This document shows, piece after piece, positions 57,153 to 64,000 of a DNA stretch of 64,000 bases. The stretch's first letter is position 1. Each line of letters opens with the position of its first letter. The position numbers were made by a program, and so were the translations under genes. The stretch is from an uncultured Syntrophaceae bacterium (GTDB lineage: Bacteria; Desulfobacterota; BSN033; UBA1163). The stretch is from assembly GCA_964390545.1 (NCBI GenBank), contig CAYMJV010000002.1, positions 15,555 through 79,554 of the forward strand, written 5' to 3'. A model generated the notes under the pieces. It made no database searches. It was not told the DNA's origin and saw nothing but the letters and a program-made list of their open reading frames with translations.

Positions 57153-57608
57153 TTACTTCTTCGGACGATAGGCCGCCGGGATTGTTCCAGCCCAGAACCA
57201 GTTGATTGCACCGTCCGTCGATACGACAGGACTCATTACGTAAGTTGAGCCGTCCACCGTACTCTCACCCGTATTGGTCGCTGTGAAAGTGATGACCCCA
57301 CCACCAGCAGATATGTTGACTGCAGAAATGTATTTCCCATCCGGAACCACAGGGATAGCCACACCTAAGGTTGTCTTAATTGTTCCGGTCGCAATAAGAG
57401 CGACCTGAGGAAAGGTACCCTCATCCTGGTAAAAGGCCGCTACCGCACTCGCCACATTACTCATGCTGTTCGATACTTCTGTGAGCTTTGCTTTGACCGT
57501 CTGAGCCCTGTACATCGGGATGGCGATCGCTGCAAGGATACCGATGATGGCGATAACGATCAACAACTCAATCAATGTAAAACCTTTCTGTCCTCTCATT
57601 CTTAACAT
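57153..57608 (-). CDS. pilA: Major type IVa pilin
   Basis: [47 protein letters not shown]. Monocistronic, lying between a sigma-54 promoter and a strong terminator. Cysteine-free. Confidence 0.85.
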   Translation of the reverse strand: MLRMRGQKGFTLIELLIVIAIIGILAAIAIPMYRAQTVKAKLTEVSNSMSNVASAVAAFYQDEGTFPQVALIATGTIKTTLGVAIPVVPDGKYISAVNISAGGGVITFTATNTGESTVDGSTYVMSPVVSTDGAINWFWAGTIPAAYRPKK

Positions 57609-57748
57609 GACTTAAACCTCCTTTAATGAGCTTTGTGCCCTTTAGATTGACGTTTAGTTTTCCAAAATCATTAGCCTCATTCGTTTCAAAACCTAAAAAC
57701 CTCTCGCCTTTCTTTTTTCTTGATCACCTCCTTTTATTGAATTCGTTA

Positions 57749-57764
57749 GCCTTGATAGAGCATA
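57749..57764 (-). promoter_or_regulatory. Sigma-54 promoter of the major pilin gene
   Basis: The minus strand reads TGGCATGGATTATGCT, that is TGGCAT-N5-ATGCT with exact GG/GC spacing. About 140 nt upstream of the pilin ATG. Confidence 0.7.
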
Positions 57765-57911
57765 ATCCATGCCAATTTGAAATTTCTTTCTAGCAATTAC
57801 CTTGGTTTATATAACTAATTGATATTACAAAGATTTATACTCTGACAGGCGTTGATGAAACCCTTGTAATATATACCAGTGAATCAAAAAAATCAATCTA
57901 AATTTACACTT

Positions 57912-57931
57912 TTTGTCTTTCAAATGACAAA
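57912..57931. promoter_or_regulatory. Candidate enhancer (UAS) palindrome upstream of the pilin sigma-54 promoter
   Basis: TTTGTC-N8-GACAAA dyad about 160 bp upstream of the -24/-12 element, a distance typical for bEBP binding sites. Confidence 0.3.
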
Positions 57932-58361
57932 TTTTGTTAACGAAGGTACTCACAACGAATAGAACTGTTGAAACCTTCTAACCTTCAATTTGAAAATATT
58001 CTATGAAGCTTGCAAGCTAGGAGAATAAGCGGCACAAATTCATATCGTCCCGGTTCACAATCACCTGCTTGTCATACTTATCATATATGTCGTTCCGGGG
58101 TTATGGAAATGGCTAATAATTGACCACTATCATCCCATATGATAAAAGGAATATCTATCGACAAAACAAATTTTTAAGTTGAGCGAAGAAAGTCGAATAG
58201 TTACCAGATAGTACCTTCTGGCAATCTTCAAACAAAAAGGCCTTAGTTCTTGGCTCAAATGTTGCAAATGTTGGTCCAGAGTATCTGGCAAGATCATACC
58301 GAATTTATTTGGAAGCTTTATTGAGACGATGATTTCCCTTATAGCAAGGTTCATTTAAAGG

Positions 58362-59072
58362 ATGCAAACATCCCCGACAAGAATTAAGCCTGATGAGTTC
58401 AAAGAGTGGAATGAAAGAATGGTCAAGAAATATGACCCGGATGCATTCCACCGTCATTCCAATCCCTTGATACGTTTTGTCGAACGGCGAAGGGTTAGAG
58501 CCATTGTTAAACTGATGGATATCCATAAAGAGACCCATGTTCTTGAAATTGGGTGCGGCGCTGGAAATGTGATTGAAAAGACTTCGCCCGAGAAATTTTT
58601 TGGAGTGGATATTTCACCCTCTCTTTTGAATAAGGCGCGGCGGAAATTAGGCAACCGGGCCCATCTATTCCAGGGAGACGCTCAGAACCTTCCTTGCAAG
58701 GACGAGGTCTTTAAGGAGGTGATTTGTTCTGAGGTTCTTGAACATCTCCTTTCCCCGTCCGAGGCACTCTATGAAATGGCCAGGATTCTGAAACCGAACG
58801 GTGTCGCTGTCATTTCCGTTCCTAATGAATTGTGGATTAATCGAATCAAAAGCATTTTGGTGGAATTAAGAATTTTCAGATGGTTTGTGAATCGGCGAGG
58901 AGAATATAAGGAGATGCCGGAACGGATGGAAGACGAATGGCACCTCCAGATCCTCTCTTTGGAGGAGTGGCACAACCTTTTCAGAAGATGTTTTAAGGTG
59001 ACCCGGCTCAAGAGAATTCCTTTTTTTTGGCTCCCGCTGAGATACGTTATCCGCCTTGAAAAGTTGAGATGA
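58362..59072 (+). CDS. Class I SAM methyltransferase
   Basis: VLEIGCGAGNVIE...NLPCKDEVFKEVICSEVLEHL. Confidence 0.75.
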   Translation: MQTSPTRIKPDEFKEWNERMVKKYDPDAFHRHSNPLIRFVERRRVRAIVKLMDIHKETHVLEIGCGAGNVIEKTSPEKFFGVDISPSLLNKARRKLGNRAHLFQGDAQNLPCKDEVFKEVICSEVLEHLLSPSEALYEMARILKPNGVAVISVPNELWINRIKSILVELRIFRWFVNRRGEYKEMPERMEDEWHLQILSLEEWHNLFRRCFKVTRLKRIPFFWLPLRYVIRLEKLR

Positions 59073-59800
59073 AAAAGATCACCTATGACGTTGAGTGGAA
59101 TCTCGAAAGATTCCATTGGTGGTTCGTCGGAAGGAGGAAGTTATTCAAAGTCCTTTTTTCCTTCCTGGGGCTCCAGAACGATTTACGGGTTATCGATATC
59201 GGTTGCGGGGTCGGCTCAAATCTCAGACTTCTGCAATCGATGCGGTCTAAATTAGTCGGTATGGATTCGGAAATGTACAGTCTCCTTCATACAAGAAAAA
59301 GCCTTTCGACAGTTCCTCTGGTGAACGGTGATGTCATGAGATTACCTATTAAAGCTGACTCTATTGACCTCATTCTTGCCTCTGACATTCTTGAACACCT
59401 GGATGAGGATACCGTTGGGATCAGAGAAATCTATAGGACCCTGAAAAGGGAGGGGAAAGTCTTATTTACCGTCCCCGCATTCAGATCCCTCTGGGGGGTG
59501 CAGGATATCGTTGGAATGCACAGGAGACGCTACTCTAAGAAAGAATTGGTAAGAAAAATAGAAGGAGAAGGGTTCAAAATACTCAGGTCCTCTTACTTCA
59601 ATTTTTTCCTCTTTTTCCCAATCTTAATTGGAAGGCGTATCATTTACCTTCTCGGGCTGAGAATCAAATCGGAAAACGAAATAAATTTTCCACTGATCAA
59701 CTTTTTTCTTAAGATGGTCTTTTCCATCGAACCCCATTACCTCAAGTTTTTTTCTTTTCCTTTTGGTGTCTCAATCTACTGCATTGCCAAGAAAGCATAA
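59069..59800 (+). CDS. Class I SAM methyltransferase with C-terminal membrane segment
   Basis: VIDIGCGVGSNL...DLILASDILEHLDED, then hydrophobic FNFFLFFPILIGRRIIYLLGL. 4-nt overlap with the upstream MTase. Confidence 0.7.
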   Translation: MKKITYDVEWNLERFHWWFVGRRKLFKVLFSFLGLQNDLRVIDIGCGVGSNLRLLQSMRSKLVGMDSEMYSLLHTRKSLSTVPLVNGDVMRLPIKADSIDLILASDILEHLDEDTVGIREIYRTLKREGKVLFTVPAFRSLWGVQDIVGMHRRRYSKKELVRKIEGEGFKILRSSYFNFFLFFPILIGRRIIYLLGLRIKSENEINFPLINFFLKMVFSIEPHYLKFFSFPFGVSIYCIAKKA

Positions 59801-59809
59801 GGCAGATTC

Positions 59810-61387
59810 ATGAACATGGACCGCACTGCTGCAAACGTCATAAACGGAGCCAAAAGAAAGGAAATGCTTCTCCTATTTCTATGCCTTATCATCGGTTTTG
59901 CCTTGAGGTTCTATGCCTTTGATCACAAGTCTCTCTGGCTTGATGAAATCCACACGTTTAATGACTCAAGAGATGGTATCAAGGCCCAGATAGAGTTTTA
60001 CAAAAAAAATCCGACATACCTTCATCCTCCCCTCTTCTTTGTTCTTACCCATCTGTTCTATCCATTCACAGAACAAGAAAGGGACCTTCGAATCATCCCC
60101 TTAATCTTCGGAACCTTATCGCTTCCGATGATGTATCTTCTTGCAAGATCATTCTCCCCTCCTATTGCACTTCCCTGTACGCTCTCTTTGACTTTTATGG
60201 CCTATCACATTAGCCTCTCCCAGGATGGCCGTTCATATTCCTTGGTCATGTTCCTTGGAATGACGGCCCTTTACTTTTTTATGAAGCACCTGAAAACCTC
60301 AAGAAGAAAATATCTGTTTCCTTTAGCATTCTGTTATGCACTCTTGTTTCACACAAGTTATAGTTCTGTTCCATTTATCGCCTTCTCTCAGATCCTATGG
60401 TTTTATCAGTCTAATAAAGATCATCCATCTAATCGCCTTGCCTCTTTCTTCGTTCTAAACGGCTTGACTCTTCTATTCTGCCTCCCATGGATCCTATTTG
60501 TAACCATCCATTATAGTGGTCAACAAATCATGGATCCGCTTCACACAGAATCGGCTGGATCCTTCTGGTCTATCCTTTATGGAATATTCCATGATTGGGT
60601 TCCTCATGCACCCCTCACACTTATATCGGTGATTCTTTTAATTCTTCTCCCGATTTTCTCAGCACCCCGAAGGAATGCCATTGTTCTTTTGGCTATTTTT
60701 TTGTTGCCCGTTGCAGGACTATTTCTCTTTTGTTATTTATCACAGGTTACGCATTTTGTAACGTCCAGGTATTTCATCAGTTTCATGCCCCTTTTCTTAA
60801 TCTCCCTCTACCAGTCCTTACACGCTCTTGAATTTAAGTTTGAAAAGATTAAAAGATGGATGCGTTTTAAAATACTTTTTGTCATCCTCTTTATTTTATC
60901 GAATTTAGTAATCTTGCCTCTCTATTACCGCTTCGAGAGGCAGGACTTCAGGGGTTTGGTGGCCTATCTTAAAACCCAGTTGGCAGAAGGAGACAACATT
61001 TTCGCCGGAGCGGAGGGGTATATTCCAGGGATTCTTCATTATTTCGGCGTATCTCCTGAAGACCGTCACTATAATATTCCCTTTTGGAAAGATTCTGAAA
61101 AGAGGATAGAATATTGGAAATCGTTTACCTATCGAAACAGGATGTTTACGATTTATCACTCCAAGACTTGCTGCACCCAATACGTTGCAGGCAGAAGCCG
61201 GTTATGGATTATTGTAGGAGCAGGAACCGCAAGAAAGCTTAACAAGGAATCCCCCGCTGTTTTTAAAGAATATTTCGATGGAAGCTTTCTTAATCTAACT
61301 AAATTTCCAACCGATATGTCCATGTATCTCTTTCTATGGGATCCCTTATTATCGGATGAGAAAGGGATGGAGATGCCAATTAAATGA
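59810..61387 (+). CDS. GT-C fold membrane glycosyltransferase (ArnT/PMT_2-like)
   Basis: 525 aa. First-loop SLWLDE acidic motif, about 11 TM helices, and a ~150-aa soluble C-terminal domain. Confidence 0.7.
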   Translation: MNMDRTAANVINGAKRKEMLLLFLCLIIGFALRFYAFDHKSLWLDEIHTFNDSRDGIKAQIEFYKKNPTYLHPPLFFVLTHLFYPFTEQERDLRIIPLIFGTLSLPMMYLLARSFSPPIALPCTLSLTFMAYHISLSQDGRSYSLVMFLGMTALYFFMKHLKTSRRKYLFPLAFCYALLFHTSYSSVPFIAFSQILWFYQSNKDHPSNRLASFFVLNGLTLLFCLPWILFVTIHYSGQQIMDPLHTESAGSFWSILYGIFHDWVPHAPLTLISVILLILLPIFSAPRRNAIVLLAIFLLPVAGLFLFCYLSQVTHFVTSRYFISFMPLFLISLYQSLHALEFKFEKIKRWMRFKILFVILFILSNLVILPLYYRFERQDFRGLVAYLKTQLAEGDNIFAGAEGYIPGILHYFGVSPEDRHYNIPFWKDSEKRIEYWKSFTYRNRMFTIYHSKTCCTQYVAGRSRLWIIVGAGTARKLNKESPAVFKEYFDGSFLNLTKFPTDMSMYLFLWDPLLSDEKGMEMPIK

Positions 61388-61442
61388 TATCGAAGGTTTA
61401 ATAATCGATCCTCGAGGGTTGGTGGAGAAGGAACCTTTCTAT

Positions 61443-63356
61443 TCAAAAAATGGGATGATAACGATTCGCCCAGAGCTCCCACACGAGAAGGGTCCAGAGT
61501 TGTTTTCGATTATCCTTCTTGTTGGCAAGATGATCCTGGAGAAGACAAGTGACATAATCAGGATTGAGAAACCCTTCCTGTTTGATTCGGTCGTAAGAAA
61601 GCAGATCCCCGAACAATTCTCTCAATGGTCCCTTCACCCATTTGGCTATGGGGACGCCAAATCCTTTCTTTTTCCTGTTGATAACCTCCCTCGGGAGGAA
61701 ATCTTTCATCACCTTTTTCAAAAGATACTTTGAAGTGAATCGTCTCAACTTTAATGAAGATGGAAGGTTCATGACGAATTCCACTAGTTCATAATCGAGG
61801 AAGGGCGCCCTCACTTCCAGCGAACACGCCATGCTGGCCCGGTCCACTTTGACAAGGATGTCGTCTTGGAGATAGAGCTTCAAGTCCAAGTATTGCAGCA
61901 GAGTGGTTTTATCCTCCAAGGGGAATCCCCTTTGGTAACCATCGACCTCTTCCGTGATTTGAACTGGATCGACTTGGGAGCTTAATTCAGAAGATAAAAC
62001 TCTCTTTATTTCCGGAAATGGAAAGGAACCGAGCCAGATAAAGTTCCGGATGCTTTCGGAGTAACCAATGCCAGAAAGAAATTTTTTTACCTTAAAATCA
62101 AAACTAATGTTATCGTCGGAAACAGGAAGCAAATTCCCCAAAAAGCTGAGAATTGGACGTGAATGGGTTAGAAAAAACTCATACTGCCTCGCCATTTGAT
62201 GTGCCAGGTAGGTGGGATATCCGGCGAAAAGTTCATCCCCTCCATCTCCGCCAAGGGCGACAGTCACATGTTGACGGGTAAATTTCGAGAGAAGATAGGT
62301 TGGTAAGATAGACGCATCTGCCATAGGTTCATCTAAAATGTCAGGTAACTGGGGCACCAGATGAAGGAGATCTGCTGGTTTCATGACCTGCTGGTGATGG
62401 TCTGTTTTCAGATATTTCGATGCGAAAGAGGCATGGGTCGATTCATCGAAAGAGGGATCTTCAAAACCAATGGAAAATGTTCTTACCTTCCCGGGAACCT
62501 CTTCCTGAGCAAAGGCGGTAATCGCACTCGAATCGATTCCTCCACTTAAGAAAACTCCCAATGGGACATCACTGATGAGCCTCCTTCTAACGGATTGCCT
62601 TAGAAGTTCCAATATCTTCGCTTCGATTTCGCCCTCTGACAATTGTTCTCCTACCTTTCCAGAATCGAAAGGGAACCAGTATTCACTCACTTTGATCCCA
62701 TCCTTTTCCAAAATGAGATAGGAAGCAGGAGGAAGTTTGTTAGCTTCCTTAAAGATCGTATGAGGACTCGGGATATATTCAAAGAAAAGATACTTCGCAA
62801 AAGAAAGAGGATTGATCTGTCTTGAGAAATTGGGATAAGCGATAAGGGCTTTCAGTTCTGACGCAAAAAGAAAATTCCCTTTGACGAAACTGTAATAGAG
62901 AGGTTTCTTCCCCAGCCGGTCTCTCGCAAGGAGGAGTCGCCTTCTTGTCTCATCCCAAATTCCGATGGCAAACATTCCATTGAAATGGCGGAAACATCTC
63001 TCCCCATACTCCTCATAGGCATGGACGATGACCTCGGTATCCGAGTTTGTCCTAAACTGATGCCCCAAGGCGTTCAAACGACTCCTCAATTCTAAGAAGT
63101 TATAAATTTCTCCATTGAAAATCACCCATACCGTTTTATTCTCATTTGAAAGCGGTTGATGTCCACTGGCCAGATCAATAATGCTTAATCGACGGTGCCC
63201 CATGTAGACAAAAGGGCCTCCCTCGTCTAAGGACCGAACGAATTCCCCCTGATCATCTGGCCCCCGATGCGTCAGGAGATCACGCATGGACCGGAGCTCC
63301 CCAAGATCAGGAATATCTGCAACCCTTCGGGTGAGGAATCCTAAAATGCCGCACAT
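61443..63356 (-). CDS. Asparagine-synthase-family glutamine amidotransferase, copy 3
   Basis: MCGILG, HRGPDD, and the PP-loop SGGIDSS. Confidence 0.85.
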   Translation of the reverse strand: MCGILGFLTRRVADIPDLGELRSMRDLLTHRGPDDQGEFVRSLDEGGPFVYMGHRRLSIIDLASGHQPLSNENKTVWVIFNGEIYNFLELRSRLNALGHQFRTNSDTEVIVHAYEEYGERCFRHFNGMFAIGIWDETRRRLLLARDRLGKKPLYYSFVKGNFLFASELKALIAYPNFSRQINPLSFAKYLFFEYIPSPHTIFKEANKLPPASYLILEKDGIKVSEYWFPFDSGKVGEQLSEGEIEAKILELLRQSVRRRLISDVPLGVFLSGGIDSSAITAFAQEEVPGKVRTFSIGFEDPSFDESTHASFASKYLKTDHHQQVMKPADLLHLVPQLPDILDEPMADASILPTYLLSKFTRQHVTVALGGDGGDELFAGYPTYLAHQMARQYEFFLTHSRPILSFLGNLLPVSDDNISFDFKVKKFLSGIGYSESIRNFIWLGSFPFPEIKRVLSSELSSQVDPVQITEEVDGYQRGFPLEDKTTLLQYLDLKLYLQDDILVKVDRASMACSLEVRAPFLDYELVEFVMNLPSSLKLRRFTSKYLLKKVMKDFLPREVINRKKKGFGVPIAKWVKGPLRELFGDLLSYDRIKQEGFLNPDYVTCLLQDHLANKKDNRKQLWTLLVWELWANRYHPIF

Positions 63357-63362
63357 AAGAGA

Positions 63363-64000
63363 TTAGGGAATGGTCTCCTTGATTTGATAAGTAGGTTTTT
63401 TCTGCGATTCGTAATAGGTCCTCGTCAGTATCTCAGCCAAGAACCCCATCAGGATCGACAAAAACCCTAACATCAAGAGAAGAACGCACAACAAAGGAAG
63501 GGGTGTAAGAATGAAGGAAACTCCTTTGAAGATTTTCAGATAGACAGCATACCCTCCGGACAGAAAGGCACCCAGGATCATAAGAAGACCCAACCCTCCA
63601 AAGACATAAATCGGTTTCTGGGAATAAGAGAGAAGAAACTTCACCACCATGAGGTCTAAAATGACTTTAAAGATCCTGCTCATGCCATATTTCGATGATC
63701 CGGATCTCCTCGGAAAATGGTTCACTGGTATCTCAGAAACCCGTGCTCCAATCCAGTGGGCATAAATGGGAATGAACCGGTGCATTTCACCATAGAGTCG
63801 GATGTTCTTTAAGATATCTCTTTTATAGGCTTTGAGGGTACATCCATAGTCGTGGAGGCGAACCCCTCCAATCAGTGAAATCATCTTGTTCGCAATCATC
63901 GAGGGGAATCGACGGGTGAAGAATGGATCTTTCCGGTCTTTCCTCCAGCCACTAACGACATCATATCCTTCCTCAATTTTTTGAAGAAGGGAAAGGATGT
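63363..64000 (-). CDS. GT2 polyprenyl-phosphate sugar synthase (GtrB/ArnC-like), 5' end beyond the window
   Basis: The reading frame stays open upstream of the track ATG up to the window edge (...EEGYDVVSGWRKDRKDPFFTRRFPSMIANK...DYGCTLKAYKR). Two C-terminal TM helices. Confidence 0.75.
   Translation of the reverse strand, partial: ILSLLQKIEEGYDVVSGWRKDRKDPFFTRRFPSMIANKMISLIGGVRLHDYGCTLKAYKRDILKNIRLYGEMHRFIPIYAHWIGARVSEIPVNHFPRRSGSSKYGMSRIFKVILDLMVVKFLLSYSQKPIYVFGGLGLLMILGAFLSGGYAVYLKIFKGVSFILTPLPLLCVLLLMLGFLSILMGFLAEILTRTYYESQKKPTYQIKETIP

Noticed and set aside
57609-57748. A possible c-di-GMP or cGAMP (GEMM-type) riboswitch in the ~140-nt pilA leader.
   Set aside because: I could not find the conserved GEMM stems or tetraloop-receptor motifs by eye. 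The leader only shows a duplicated AAAGGAGG-like sequence. A covariance-model scan would be needed.
58130-58538. The small minus-strand ORFs 58130..58354 and 58305..58538.
   Set aside because: They sit in the AT-rich control region or overlap the 5' end of a well-supported methyltransferase. There are no motifs or RBS.
1-64000. A search for CRISPR arrays, tRNA or rRNA genes, transposases, integrases and phage genes that would mark the glycan island as mobile.
   Set aside because: None was recognised in any frame, and composition looks uniform by eye. The island therefore cannot be called a mobile element on present evidence.

Overview
This 64-kb window is almost entirely a type IVa pilus (T4P) supercluster from an unidentified, moderately AT-rich bacterium. 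About 55 of 60 genes lie on the minus strand, many with 4-nt ATGA stop/start overlaps. In transcription order (high to low coordinate) the content is as follows. (1) A partial GT2 gene and an AsnB-like amidotransferase. (2) A divergent plus-strand block of two SAM methyltransferases and an ArnT/PMT-like GT-C enzyme. (3) Three pilin genes: a monocistronic major pilin bracketed by a sigma-54 promoter and a strong terminator, a roughly 75%-identical paralog, and a PilE-like pilin, plus a frameshifted pilin 5' relic. (4) A glycan-biosynthesis island of about 26 kb (55.8 to 29.8 kb). It holds 3 AsnB-type amidotransferases, 2 paralogous radical-SAM enzymes, GT2/GT4 transferases, at least 5 methyltransferases, RfbB, a DegT aminotransferase, WbqC, GNAT, Wzx and a 5'-truncated wecB. 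It ends in a TMTC-like GT-C/TPR enzyme next to pilD. (5) A HAMP kinase with a sigma-54 activator. (6) Two complete minor-pilin/PilY1 modules, each with a paralogous small exported protein. (7) A signalling cassette: REC-DUF4388 regulator, MglB, MglA, an orphan CheW-domain protein, and a PAS kinase with a second sigma-54 activator. (8) pilMNOPQ followed by a terminator. I found four near-consensus sigma-54 (-24/-12) promoters by eye, in front of the major pilin, the glycan operon and both minor-pilin modules. No rRNA, tRNA, CRISPR array, transposase or integrase was recognised. pilB, pilT and pilC are not in the window. The best candidates for an undescribed system are the sigma-54-wired, pilin-embedded glycan island with its rSAM/AsnB chemistry and two GT-C enzymes, and the MglAB/CheW-like/DUF4388 cassette joined to pilMNOPQ. 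All functional calls rest on motifs read from the supplied translations and sequence. No database search was run.
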